From a phage, in the sequence record OZ413489.1: DNA of 64,000 bases; one strand, 5' to 3'. Below the pieces are notes generated by a model. It was not told where the DNA came from, did no database searches, and was given only the letters and a program-made list of their open reading frames with translations. The translations under genes were made by a program, and so were the position numbers. Positions within the stretch are counted from its first letter, which is position 1; the number at the start of each line of letters is the position of its first letter. Below are positions 29,281 through 39,505 of this stretch, piece by piece.

Positions 29281-32200
29281 TGCCAATTGCAATGATTGAT
29301 AACATCGTTGCTTCTGCAAGATCTTCAAGTTATGACTGGAACGCATCCAAGGCAGCTCTGGCTGACAGCCTGAACACTGTGACCACCAGAACTTTGGATA
29401 AGATTTTTGAGGGCAACAAATCTTACAGAAGTCAGCAAGATAGACAAAAGCTTCTCAGATCTTCTGCTGCACCTTGCTCTGTAGTGTATGGGAAGACACG
29501 CACATCTGGATTGCTTGCGTTTTTGGAGCAGGATAGCGACAGAACCCTCCATTGTGCTATTGTTCTTGCCAATCACCCTCTGGAAGGTATAGAAGATATA
29601 CTCATCGACGGTAATCCTATTTCCTCGTATGGGGATTTGGTATCGTGGGAGCTACATAACGACAGAAAAACATCGGATCCTTTCATGGGTACACACTGCC
29701 CATCGTGGTCACCAGACATGATAGGTAGAGGGATCAGTTGGCTACGTGCCAGCTTCAGGTTTGACCCTAACAAGTTCCCTTTTGGGTTGCCAAACGTTAC
29801 ACTCGTCAAGGTTGGTAAAAAATGCTATGATCCCCGTATCAGTAAAGAGGTGTATACCAATAACGCGGCCTTGGTGATCCTAGACTATTTAAGAACGTAC
29901 CTTAAATGTCCTGACGAAACCATCAACTGGGAGTCCTTCAAGGAGGCTGCCAACATATGCGACGAGGCGGTAAAAAACGCGGACGGAACCAGTGAGCGCC
30001 GTTACACCATTAACGGTGAGTTCGACATGGATGAGGCTCCAGCAAGTATTATGGCAGAAATGCTGAAAGCTTGTGGTGCAGATCTCAGCTATGTAGCTGG
30101 TAAGTATGGACTGCTGGTAGGTGCATACTATGGCCCGGCAACAATGACACTAAGTGAGGATTGTGTCTGCGGTGAGGTTAAGATCTATCCTGAAGCCTCA
30201 TTTGACAAAAGATCTAACACAATAACTGGCAGATTCACTAGTCCGACCAAAGGGTATTCTGAAACAGATTTTCCATCAGTGTTTGTCCCAGAGTGGATAG
30301 AGAAGGATGGAGAAAGAAAGATAATCGATATAGACTATCGCTTTGTTACCAGCCCTTATCAAGCTCAGCGTGTTTCTGCAATATTCTTAAGACGTGCCAG
30401 AGCTGGCAGGATTATTGAAGTCACCTGCAATATGCGAGGTTTTAAATTTAAGCCTGGTCGTTACGTCACAATGGATCTTCCAAGTATTGGTATAGTGGGC
30501 CAAGAAATGAGGGTTCTTGAATGGGAGTTCACCAAAAAGGGCGGTGTCAAGGTAAAACTTCGTCAAGATGCTAAAGAGTGGAATGATGCCACAGGGCAAC
30601 TTCCGGATTCCGGCGATGTAGATATTCCGATATCCCCGTCCGGTGTAGCTCAGCCGCAAAACTTCAGATACTCCGTTCTCCAAGCTGGGGAAGTAACTCA
30701 CGGTGTTTTGGCCTGGGACAACGTTGGGACTTACGCTCAAAATATTGTGCAGGTAAGAAAGAACGGAGAGATTGTTTGGACAGCACAGACAGTTGAGCAG
30801 TTTGTCAGAGTAGAAGGTTTGACAAAAGGGTCATACACAGCAACCGTGGTTGCAACATCTTATAAAGGTGGTGTATCTCCAGAAGCGTATTGTGAGTTTA
30901 ACATTCAGGCACCTGAAGCTCCGGTTTCTGTAGAGGTTAAGCAAGGATACTTTGCTATCACCTTGATTCCGCATAGTAGGGATTTAGCAAGTGTTAGCAC
31001 CCAGTATGACTTTTGGACATCCGGTATGACAAGGTTGCCCGACACCAGTGATGCAACCGTTACTTCAAACGCCACCCGTATGGGTGTTGGTTCAACTTGG
31101 ACATCTGAAGGTCTGCAGAACGATAAGGTTTATTATTGGTATATTCGAACCACAAACGCTTTTGGTAGTTCTCAGTTTGTAGAATGCGCTGCACGCTGCT
31201 ACACCTCTATTGAGGATTTGATGCCTCAGATAGATGCTGAATTTAAAAAGACAGAAACTTATAAAGAGTTGATGAGCACTTTAGATTCATCTATTGAAGA
31301 GGTTGAAAATAGGGTCACAGAACTTAACAGGTACATGGATGGTAGGGTAGATGAGGCATTCCAGCAACTTGGAGACAGAATAGGTGCGGTAGTTACAGAG
31401 ACAACTCAGAAGTTTGAGGATGTCAATGGCAATATCACAGCGCTGGATAGGAAACTTGTTGCTGCACAGAACAAGTTCACCAACGATCTGAACACTGAAA
31501 GTGGAAGATTGGCATCCCTGATTGAGACAACCAATAAAGCAACTACTGATCTTCTGAACAAAAAGACAGAGGCTTTAGATGAGAAATTGGTTGCCGCCAA
31601 AGGTGAGCTGGTAGAGCAGATAGAGGGAGTTGAGAGCGGGTATTTGGCCGGAGATAAAACTCTGGATGGTAAGATCAATACTCAGAGAACAGAACTTGAC
31701 GCAAGCATCTTGAGCACTAACCAGGCCACTGTGGATCTTTTGAACAGGACATCTGAAACTCTGGATCAAAAGATTAGTCAGACAAACGCGACGGTATCTA
31801 AAAACTATACCACCCTTGACGGCAAGATAACTACCGCAAAAACTGACCTCAACACCTTGATTGCCAATACCAACAAGGCCACCACTGACTTGTTGAATCA
31901 GAAAACATCTGCACTGTCAGAGCAGATAACTTCTGCACGTGGGGAGATTTCTACCAACAAGCAAGCGATTGATGCTTTGGATGGAAAACTGACCTCCACA
32001 AAAACAGCGCTGGATGCTACAATTTCCGATACCAATAAAGCCACTGTGGACCTTATCAACGGCACAGCGTCAGCTATTCGTCAAGAACTTGCTGTTGCTA
32101 AGCAGGAGATCATTGATGATGTTGGGGATGTGTCTGAGATCAGGGCTGCAGTAGCTACAACATCTAAGGCTGTAACCGACTTAGAGGGTAAAGTAAATGC

Positions 32201-33119
32201 TCAATGGGGCACAAAAATACAGGTAGACTCCGCAGGGAATAAATATGTTGCAGGTATTCAGTTGGGGATGGAAGGGTCTGGAGGCCAAGTTCAATCCTAC
32301 TTCATGGTTAGCGCAAACAATTTTGCGGTATACAACCCTGGCAATGGAACAGCAACCCTTGCTTTCGCAATCAAGAACAACCAAGCGTTCTTGAAAGACG
32401 CTTTTATAGAGAATGGCACGATCTCCTCTGCCAAGATTGCACAAGAAATTTCGTCAAACAACTACGATGGCAACGGGTACCATAAATACGGTTGGTATAT
32501 TAACAAGAACGGGCACGCCCAATTTATGGATGTGTGGGTGAAAGGCAACATCAACGCCAGTTCTGGTAACTTCACAGGGGCAGTTAACGCCACTAGTGGT
32601 ACCTTCCGTGGGGATGTTTATGCCAATAATGGTAGCTTTAGAGGCACCATAGATGCAACCGGAGGTACCTTCCGTGGTCGTGTAGAAGCTTCTGTTATCC
32701 GCGCTAACCAGTTCGAAGGTGCAATTGTTGCACACAGGACTTACGGAGATTGTGCTCCAGTATATAACTCCCAGCAAAGGGTTTGCCGTTGGAGGTGGAG
32801 ATACGTAGATAACGTTTCAGGTCAGGGTAAGAACGTAACATTCTTCTTTAAACTGAATGGTACTCTTGCCAGCTCCCAACTGAATGCATGGATAGCTGGT
32901 CATCAGATCCTTGCTGGCAAGAAGTATTTTAACGACAACAACGGCATGTGCGCGGTAGGGATAACAGGTCTTGGTGAACAAACTATAGACATTGTTATCG
33001 AGATTTACACACCGTGGTCAACGTCGAGCGTGACAGGTGTCACAATTTCCTGTCCTACTGTGATAGTAAGTCGTTCAAACTCTAGCTTCCAGGGACCTTG
33101 GAACGAGTCTCACGACTAA
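29280..33119 (+). CDS. host specificity / central tail fibre protein (lambda J-like)
   Basis: 1279 aa; N-terminal region resembling J-type tail proteins, FN3-like segment, four tandem coiled-coil repeats, C-terminal Gly-rich beta-helix-like repeats. Confidence 0.5.
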   Translation: MPIAMIDNIVASARSSSYDWNASKAALADSLNTVTTRTLDKIFEGNKSYRSQQDRQKLLRSSAAPCSVVYGKTRTSGLLAFLEQDSDRTLHCAIVLANHPLEGIEDILIDGNPISSYGDLVSWELHNDRKTSDPFMGTHCPSWSPDMIGRGISWLRASFRFDPNKFPFGLPNVTLVKVGKKCYDPRISKEVYTNNAALVILDYLRTYLKCPDETINWESFKEAANICDEAVKNADGTSERRYTINGEFDMDEAPASIMAEMLKACGADLSYVAGKYGLLVGAYYGPATMTLSEDCVCGEVKIYPEASFDKRSNTITGRFTSPTKGYSETDFPSVFVPEWIEKDGERKIIDIDYRFVTSPYQAQRVSAIFLRRARAGRIIEVTCNMRGFKFKPGRYVTMDLPSIGIVGQEMRVLEWEFTKKGGVKVKLRQDAKEWNDATGQLPDSGDVDIPISPSGVAQPQNFRYSVLQAGEVTHGVLAWDNVGTYAQNIVQVRKNGEIVWTAQTVEQFVRVEGLTKGSYTATVVATSYKGGVSPEAYCEFNIQAPEAPVSVEVKQGYFAITLIPHSRDLASVSTQYDFWTSGMTRLPDTSDATVTSNATRMGVGSTWTSEGLQNDKVYYWYIRTTNAFGSSQFVECAARCYTSIEDLMPQIDAEFKKTETYKELMSTLDSSIEEVENRVTELNRYMDGRVDEAFQQLGDRIGAVVTETTQKFEDVNGNITALDRKLVAAQNKFTNDLNTESGRLASLIETTNKATTDLLNKKTEALDEKLVAAKGELVEQIEGVESGYLAGDKTLDGKINTQRTELDASILSTNQATVDLLNRTSETLDQKISQTNATVSKNYTTLDGKITTAKTDLNTLIANTNKATTDLLNQKTSALSEQITSARGEISTNKQAIDALDGKLTSTKTALDATISDTNKATVDLINGTASAIRQELAVAKQEIIDDVGDVSEIRAAVATTSKAVTDLEGKVNAQWGTKIQVDSAGNKYVAGIQLGMEGSGGQVQSYFMVSANNFAVYNPGNGTATLAFAIKNNQAFLKDAFIENGTISSAKIAQEISSNNYDGNGYHKYGWYINKNGHAQFMDVWVKGNINASSGNFTGAVNATSGTFRGDVYANNGSFRGTIDATGGTFRGRVEASVIRANQFEGAIVAHRTYGDCAPVYNSQQRVCRWRWRYVDNVSGQGKNVTFFFKLNGTLASSQLNAWIAGHQILAGKKYFNDNNGMCAVGITGLGEQTIDIVIEIYTPWSTSSVTGVTISCPTVIVSRSNSSFQGPWNESHD
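31520..32100 (+). repeat. tandem 150-190-nt repeat units inside J-like gene
   Basis: Four diverged copies starting near 31530, 31716, 31869 and 32021 (ACCAATAAAGC... / TNKATxDLLN at protein level). Confidence 0.5.
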
Positions 33120-33127
33120 CCTTTAAA

Positions 33128-33153
33128 GCCCCGCTTCGGCGGGGTTTATTTTT
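33128..33153 (+). terminator. rho-independent terminator
   Basis: GCCCCGC-TTCG-GCGGGG then TTTATTTTT. Confidence 0.7.
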
Positions 33154-33162
33154 ATGCTCAGA

Positions 33163-33191
33163 TTGACTATTGTTACAAAATTTGGTAAAAT
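33163..33191 (+). promoter_or_regulatory. sigma70-like promoter, TTGACT-17-TGgTAAAAT
   Basis: -35 33163-33168, -10 33186-33191 preceded by TGG. Confidence 0.5.
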
Positions 33192-33224
33192 ACCTTGTAG
33201 AGATTTTCATACCGGAGGAGTGAC

Positions 33225-34715
33225 GTGGCTAAGTATGGATTGACAGAGGCTGGTTTCGTTATACCAACCCTAAATGACCTAATCGTTGAAACTAAGCAAA
33301 GCCTGATCCGTGCTTTTGGCGAAAACTTCAACGTACAGAGTAACTCCGTTGCAGATAAGCTGACCACTATCTTCAACGAGCGAGAGTATCAACTTATTCT
33401 TATGGCAGCATCTGTATACGCATCACAGACGCTGTATGGGGCAGAAGGTATTTACCTAGATGAGCTTCTTGGAAGACAGGGTATTTACCGAAGAGGCCGT
33501 TCTAAATCATCAGGTACCTGCCAGTTGACAATCAACACAACTGTGCCGTACAATATGATTTATGATTCCAAAACTTATACACTGGATAGTGGCAACTTTG
33601 TTCTTAGCAATGATGTGCAGGTGGCAGGGAATCTTATTGCCCACAGAATAAATGCTCCAGACCTAAGGATTGGTAAATACAACTTTCAAATCACCAACCA
33701 GACAGATGGAAGTATCAAAACAAAAAGTCTGGTTTTAACAGATAAGTCTCTGGACTCTTCTGATCTGCCAAGCTTTTACGGAGAGATTAAGCAGTTCATT
33801 GTCGATAATACAACCCTGTTGAACGACGATTTGATTCAGATCGATATGTTGACAGGAACGTTGTGGATAGGGTACAATTCGAATCTTGATCAAGTTGGAC
33901 TTAATAGTAGGGTAGATTTCAGAGTATCCCCGATTGTAGGGGAAAGAACTATCACACTGGATGTTATCGCTAACGAGGCTGGTGAGCTGTCAAGAGAAGC
34001 AGAAACCGTGACAACAATGTCACCTACTCCTAGTGGATTTATCAAGCTTACCAACCGAGAAAGATTCAATGAGGGCAGGGATGTTGAGAAAGACTCAGAG
34101 TATCGCTTAAGAGCTTCCAGCACAAAACAGTTAACATCTAAGGCTACCCGTCCTGCAATCCTTAGCGCTGTAAGCGAGGTGAAAGGTGTTGAGAAAGTGA
34201 GAGTGTTCTCCAACAACACCGATAAAACTGATGCTAAAGGTATACCTCCTTACAAGTTCCAAGTGGTTGTGTTTGGTGGTGCAACGGAAGACATTTGCCA
34301 AGCACTTTACCAAACTATAGCCTGTACGAACAGGACTTATGGTAATATTTTCTACGATGTCACTACATCTGATGGTCAAACTGAAAGAATTTATTACTCC
34401 AAGGCAAATACCTACCGCCTAGATGTAAGAATTACCTACTCCGGTGCCGCACTTTCCACAACCGAAAAAGATGCCATTGTAGAGGCTCTTTTGCAGGTTG
34501 TTAACGGACTGGATGTTGCAGATACGTTGTATAATATCCAATTGGTCGGCGCTGCATCTGCTGCTGTATCAATAGGCAGATTTAATAGACTGGTAATTCA
34601 AGTTAAACCAGTAGGAGCTTCTGATGAAGCTTACACTACAAACGATATTGTTGCGAACATGACCGAGGTGTTTGACCTCGACGAAAGTAATATAACTTTC
34701 CAACAAACTATTTAA
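33225..34715 (+). CDS. baseplate J-like protein
   Basis: 496 aa; GTG start with GGAGGAG RBS; N-terminus (YGLTEAGF...ADKLTTIF...ASQTLYGAEGIYLDELLGRQGIYRRGRSKSSG) matches the Baseplate_J family pattern as recalled. Confidence 0.55.
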   Translation: MAKYGLTEAGFVIPTLNDLIVETKQSLIRAFGENFNVQSNSVADKLTTIFNEREYQLILMAASVYASQTLYGAEGIYLDELLGRQGIYRRGRSKSSGTCQLTINTTVPYNMIYDSKTYTLDSGNFVLSNDVQVAGNLIAHRINAPDLRIGKYNFQITNQTDGSIKTKSLVLTDKSLDSSDLPSFYGEIKQFIVDNTTLLNDDLIQIDMLTGTLWIGYNSNLDQVGLNSRVDFRVSPIVGERTITLDVIANEAGELSREAETVTTMSPTPSGFIKLTNRERFNEGRDVEKDSEYRLRASSTKQLTSKATRPAILSAVSEVKGVEKVRVFSNNTDKTDAKGIPPYKFQVVVFGGATEDICQALYQTIACTNRTYGNIFYDVTTSDGQTERIYYSKANTYRLDVRITYSGAALSTTEKDAIVEALLQVVNGLDVADTLYNIQLVGAASAAVSIGRFNRLVIQVKPVGASDEAYTTNDIVANMTEVFDLDESNITFQQTI

Positions 34716-34726
34716 GGCGGCGAGAT

Positions 34727-35413
34727 ATGGCAGAGATTAAGTCGGATGTTAACCACATCCACACTCTGCCAGATTTTGTTCAGGGAGGTCTTGACTACCT
34801 GCCTGGAGATTTTCTGGCTGAGAAGGTTAATTTGGTCACATTCTTAACCGTGTACCTTAAAAGGTTGGAGGATGTTGATAAGATGCTGGTAGGTTTGGCT
34901 GAAGGAAGATTGCTTAACAATGCCAGCGGAAGATACCTTGACGAAGTTGGTAATCAACTTGGTATTCTTAGGAATGGACTTTCAGATGCTGATTTTCGTG
35001 CCACACTAATTATTCAGCAGGCCGCAGCATCAAGGGGCGGGACTCGCGAAGATGTCATCTCCACCTTGCGACAATTGTTCGGAAGAAACAATTTCGATAC
35101 GTGGAAAGGAGACAACTTCAGGTTTGACATAAATATTAGAAAAACTTGCTTTGACATATTGCAGTCTATCGATCAGATCTTAGATATGCTACCATTGCCT
35201 TGTCATTTGCGTCTTACAGAATCGCAAGGGCAAGCTTTTGGTTTTGAAGGGGACCATACAGCTCTTGGCTTCGGATCAGTGTGGGAAGAAAACCAATTCG
35301 GAGTTGGTGGGCTGGCTACTTTGCTGTATGTTCCTGACGTAAGACCTGATTGGGACACCACAACCATTTATTGTGAAAGTATTACAGTAAACGCAACTAG
35401 ACAGGAGGGTTAA
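34727..35413 (+). CDS. baseplate protein (gpI-like, tentative)
   Basis: 228 aa; follows J-like gene as in P2/Mu-type baseplate modules. Confidence 0.4.
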   Translation: MAEIKSDVNHIHTLPDFVQGGLDYLPGDFLAEKVNLVTFLTVYLKRLEDVDKMLVGLAEGRLLNNASGRYLDEVGNQLGILRNGLSDADFRATLIIQQAAASRGGTREDVISTLRQLFGRNNFDTWKGDNFRFDINIRKTCFDILQSIDQILDMLPLPCHLRLTESQGQAFGFEGDHTALGFGSVWEENQFGVGGLATLLYVPDVRPDWDTTTIYCESITVNATRQEG

Positions 35414-37485
35414 TGGCAACAGCTATTTTTAAACCTTACCGTGATTACTCTACAATGGCTGCACGGTTTCATTACCGCACAGTTCAGGATACTGCAGTTC
35501 CTGGTAGGGATTATAATCATGTTGAGGGTGATGTAACTATCCCAATTGGGGCAACCAGTATTGAGATCCCAGTGGAAATTGTTGACAAATTACCCAACAG
35601 GTTGCCAAGAAGCTTCTTTATGGAGTTTTCATCAAAATCTCAAGGGGTGATGATTGGAACACAAAGGGCGAAATGTACAATAGTTTCAGATGAGAATCTT
35701 GACAGGATATCTTGGGATACTGTCGAGGAGAGAATGTTTCACCCAAGATATTGGGTTACATCTACCCAGCAGACTGAAAGCACCTGTATTGTTGCAGATA
35801 ATAACTGTTGTATTAACCGTTTAGTGTCAAGAACATATGGAGGTATGGCTGGGTGCATTTGGGAAACAGTTGACAAGTATGACCATTTCGGTATTGGGTT
35901 TGATGATCATTATGAGATGAGAAATACCAAGCTTTGGTTCAGAATGTCAATAACCAACGCCAGCAACTTCTCCACTCCTGAAAAGATGATTATGACTGTA
36001 GACCTTGTTGATGGCACAATCATCTATGTTCCTTTAGCTCAATATGCTGTCAGCATCTCAGAGGATAAGAATGTTGCAGAAATTCATATTGATTTCGAGG
36101 ACTGCGTCGGGATGGACCAGAACAACAATATGATGGGTGTTGATCCTCGACAGGTGAGAAGGATTTTAATACCGCTTATGCCTAAAGATTGGGTAAGCAA
36201 TAGCACAAACCCAAGAACGGAAAATGTAGAGTGTGAGTTGCGCCTAGATCTGCTTCAGCCAGACACAGGCTGGAAAATGATGCAACTTAACAATATTCAG
36301 GTGAAAGAACACGACGTTGGGATCTGCACAGCATATGACGATATGTGGAACGTGTCTCCTTTAAGGGTGTTGAACAATATCAAGCGTCTGGGCTATACCG
36401 GAACCATAAACCATTATGTTGGTATGAGTCATTATTATGACTACACATGGTCAGGAACTCAATGGTCTATAAACAGAACAGGAGCGCTAAACGCTGCAGC
36501 TTATAAATGGCATGATGATTTTATGTACAATGCCAAACGACATAACTTCGACGTTATGCAATCTGTAAGTTTTGAGCTTTTCAGCGATGCCTGCCCGTTG
36601 GAATGGACCCAAAGAGACTGGAACGATAACTACGCTAAAACAGGGTATACACCTTGTAGCTACCTCCTGTCTCCAACCATTGAAGAGGGTATGAATTTCC
36701 TTACTGCAGTATTTAAGAATTTTGCATCAGCCGCTATGAGAAACAACCTGCCAGTGATTATGCAGGTTGGTGAACCGTGGTGGTGGTACAATACCGATAC
36801 TCGTAGACCTTGTATTTATGATTACCCTACAAAGCAGGCGTTTTATGATGAGACAGGTGAGTATGCATTAGATATTGGGACTATTGACGATCCTAAAACT
36901 GGCGGTGTTTACGACAAGTATGTAGCATTTTGTCGTGGTAAGCTTGGCGCTCGTATTGCGGCTATTTCAAAGGCAATAAAGGCACACGCTGCATCAGCTC
37001 AGATGACAGCTCTACTGTTTTTCCCAACCATTATGGAAACCGAGCTTACGCAAAAGCTTAACCTTGCTGACCAATATAAAAAGGAAGCAGGTGCTCTTGA
37101 TTTCTTCTGCACCGAGTGCTACGATTGGGTGATGCAGGGAGGTATTGAAAAGGCAAAAGAGTCTGTAAACATACCTATCGTTAAGTTAGGTTGGCAACCG
37201 TCTGAAATACAATACCTTGCAGGGTTCGTTCCTAGTAAAGAGCTTGCTCCGGTATATGGTTACGACCCAACCAGGAATTACCAAGAATTTTTATGGAGAT
37301 GTATTTGCGGAAACATGGCAACTATAGAGTATAGATATCCTGAGGTAAAACAGTATGTGTGGGCATACCCGCAAGTAATGTCTGACAGCATCACTGTTAC
37401 CGCTAGAGATTCTACCGTGCTTCATATGGGGCAGGTTGCTCTGAAAGGGTATGTAGAAGATGTTGTCCCGCCAGACTTCTCATAA
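35413..37485 (+). CDS. tail-associated protein with Calx-beta-like N-terminus and enzyme-like body
   Basis: 690 aa; GRDYNHVEGDVTIPIGATSIEIPVEIVD resembles a Calx-beta fold; remainder Trp/Tyr-rich. Confidence 0.35.
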   Translation: MATAIFKPYRDYSTMAARFHYRTVQDTAVPGRDYNHVEGDVTIPIGATSIEIPVEIVDKLPNRLPRSFFMEFSSKSQGVMIGTQRAKCTIVSDENLDRISWDTVEERMFHPRYWVTSTQQTESTCIVADNNCCINRLVSRTYGGMAGCIWETVDKYDHFGIGFDDHYEMRNTKLWFRMSITNASNFSTPEKMIMTVDLVDGTIIYVPLAQYAVSISEDKNVAEIHIDFEDCVGMDQNNNMMGVDPRQVRRILIPLMPKDWVSNSTNPRTENVECELRLDLLQPDTGWKMMQLNNIQVKEHDVGICTAYDDMWNVSPLRVLNNIKRLGYTGTINHYVGMSHYYDYTWSGTQWSINRTGALNAAAYKWHDDFMYNAKRHNFDVMQSVSFELFSDACPLEWTQRDWNDNYAKTGYTPCSYLLSPTIEEGMNFLTAVFKNFASAAMRNNLPVIMQVGEPWWWYNTDTRRPCIYDYPTKQAFYDETGEYALDIGTIDDPKTGGVYDKYVAFCRGKLGARIAAISKAIKAHAASAQMTALLFFPTIMETELTQKLNLADQYKKEAGALDFFCTECYDWVMQGGIEKAKESVNIPIVKLGWQPSEIQYLAGFVPSKELAPVYGYDPTRNYQEFLWRCICGNMATIEYRYPEVKQYVWAYPQVMSDSITVTARDSTVLHMGQVALKGYVEDVVPPDFS

Positions 37486-37497
37486 TCAGGAGATAAA

Positions 37498-38538
37498 ATG
37501 TCAAAACCTAGTTTTCCATTAGAGATTTGGGCAGAGGAGGATCAGGTTCTGCCTAACACCCACAGACAGAACAGGCTACGCCCGATTGATGATTTGTGGA
37601 GAAAAGGTTGGGATCTTGGTCAAAAGCCCTCATGTGAAGAACTTAACTATATTTTCAATATGCTCGGGACTTGGGCAAAATACATCGCTGACGAGCAGAT
37701 CCCCGCTCAAGAAGGCCGTTATCTGGTACGTGATAATAACTTGAGTGATCTTTTGAACATTCCTGTTGCCCGTAGAAACCTTGGGATTATTACTAAGGAA
37801 GAGGCAGACGCCAGGTATGTAAAAGTTACAGGTGATACAATGACAGGCCCATTGGGTTTGCAACGTATCAACTTTAAAGCTGCCGAGTCAGATAAGGCTT
37901 GGATAGAGACAACTATTGGCCCAGATAAGACAACTCTCGACTTTGGGTTAAGTGATAATACCGGGTCGTTTGATGATGGTGGTACATCTACAGTGGATGC
38001 GTTCCGTTGGAGATTCCAGCCAACTCAGCCGGATATTAATCCAGAGTTCACTTTGATGTACCTTAACGCGATCACGGCTAACCGTGCGCTGTTGAAAGTG
38101 GTAGGCAATGTTGAAGTTGTCGATAACATGAGGTGCAATAACCTTACTATCAGCAATACAGCGACATTCACCAACTGTAATGTGGCTAGTCAGTTGACGG
38201 CTGGGTCAGTGTATGTTAATGGTGGTGCAAGTTGTGACAGTATGGTTGTAAGAAGCCAGCACTGTGTTGTCGGTAACAGAAATGTGGTTCGCTCTGTGAA
38301 CGGAGTGACGGCTAACGGTAACGGTGATGTAACGATCACTATCCCGCAGACAGGTGTGCAAGACATCAGAATCGGTGCAAGACTTGTTGACGGCGTTTCC
38401 GAATCTCCAATTCGCAACGGCTACGTTGTCACAGGCTGGCATTTCGGTGACAAAAAAGAGATGCGTGGTTCAACCTACTGGGCAGGACCTTTACAAAAAC
38501 TTGTAAACGGTCAATGGATCACTGTTAATTATGCATAG
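37498..38538 (+). CDS. tail fibre protein (P2 H-like C-terminus), copy 1
   Basis: 346 aa; AGGAGA RBS; C-terminus ...LQKLVNGQWITVNYA resembles the P2 H fibre C-terminus (recollection); followed by Tfa gene. Confidence 0.55.
   Translation: MSKPSFPLEIWAEEDQVLPNTHRQNRLRPIDDLWRKGWDLGQKPSCEELNYIFNMLGTWAKYIADEQIPAQEGRYLVRDNNLSDLLNIPVARRNLGIITKEEADARYVKVTGDTMTGPLGLQRINFKAAESDKAWIETTIGPDKTTLDFGLSDNTGSFDDGGTSTVDAFRWRFQPTQPDINPEFTLMYLNAITANRALLKVVGNVEVVDNMRCNNLTISNTATFTNCNVASQLTAGSVYVNGGASCDSMVVRSQHCVVGNRNVVRSVNGVTANGNGDVTITIPQTGVQDIRIGARLVDGVSESPIRNGYVVTGWHFGDKKEMRGSTYWAGPLQKLVNGQWITVNYA
38494..38523 (+). repeat. 30-nt conserved segment at fibre 3' end (copy 1)
   Basis: CAAAAACTTGTAAACGGTCAATGGATCACT; 29/30 identical to 40552-40581. 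Confidence 0.6.
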
Positions 38539-38552
38539 ATCGGAGGACTAGC

Positions 38553-39137
38553 ATGAAAATACTTCAAGAGTTTAAACTTTACCAACCGGGATCTGGCGAA
38601 TACCACTCCAACAAGGAAACCAAGGAGCTGACCCCTCAAGAGGTTGAGGATTACACCGCATACACTGGGTATTTTTTACGTAATGATGATGGCGATTGGT
38701 ATGTGCAGTCACGAACATTACGACAAGAAAATCCGGGTTGTATCTTCCTACTTGTTGACGAGAAGGGAATTCTTAAGACATCTACAGAAGAACCTGATGC
38801 CTTATGGCCTGCTCCAGGTCTTCGTGTGGTTATCGCCAAAAAAGAAGAGGTACCAGAAAACATTATGCTTCACCACGACGCTTTGCGTTTAGTTGGTGAT
38901 GAATTTGTCACAGATAATGAATTCTTTGTTCAACAGGCAGAGGGTGTCATAGAGACAGAACTTGCTTGGGCTACTGCTAGAATTGGTGCCTATCAAGACA
39001 TGATTGACCTTGAATATGATCTTACTGATGACCAGAAACGTAACATCAGAGATTTGAAAATGTACAGGGTAAAACTTCTTGAAATAGATACATCTAAAGC
39101 CCCTGACATTTTCTTCCCGGAGCGACCTACCCTCTAA
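38553..39137 (+). CDS. tail fibre assembly protein (Tfa-like)
   Basis: 194 aa; C-terminal ELAWATARIGAYQDMIDLEYDLTDDQKRNIRDLKMYRVKLLEIDTSKAPDIFFPERP matches the Tfa C-terminal domain pattern. Confidence 0.55.
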   Translation: MKILQEFKLYQPGSGEYHSNKETKELTPQEVEDYTAYTGYFLRNDDGDWYVQSRTLRQENPGCIFLLVDEKGILKTSTEEPDALWPAPGLRVVIAKKEEVPENIMLHHDALRLVGDEFVTDNEFFVQQAEGVIETELAWATARIGAYQDMIDLEYDLTDDQKRNIRDLKMYRVKLLEIDTSKAPDIFFPERPTL

Positions 39138-39148
39138 GAGGAGGTGTT

Positions 39149-39463
39149 GTGGAGTTGGATTTGGCGGCATTGTACGGTATCTGCATGGGTACCGTTGTCC
39201 CGATCTGTGTATGGGCTTTCAACCAGTGGCACACCAAATGGAAAGGCATTTCCAAGAGGTTGGATGAACTGGAGAAAGACCTCATCTTAGTGAAAAACAG
39301 TATGGTTACAAAAGATAAACTTGATTCCGTTATCGAGACCCGGTTAAGCAAGCTAGAGGCCGATATTAACGACCTTAAGCAGGATGTCAGGACAGATGTC
39401 TCCGGCATCCGAGCTGATGTACAAAAGATTTTGCACATGCTCGTAGAGCATAGTAAAAGGTAA
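39149..39463 (+). CDS. small membrane-anchored coiled-coil protein
   Basis: 104 aa; GTG start with AGAGGAGG RBS; hydrophobic N-terminus AALYGICMGTVVPICVWAF then coiled coil. Confidence 0.3.
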   Translation: MELDLAALYGICMGTVVPICVWAFNQWHTKWKGISKRLDELEKDLILVKNSMVTKDKLDSVIETRLSKLEADINDLKQDVRTDVSGIRADVQKILHMLVEHSKR

Positions 39464-39472
39464 ACAAAGGTC

Positions 39473-39505
39473 AGAACGGAAAGGACTCCGTTCTTGCATT
39501 TTGTT
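39473..39505 (+). terminator. rho-independent terminator
   Basis: AGAACGGA-AAGGAC-TCCGTTCT then TGCATTTTGTT. Confidence 0.55.
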
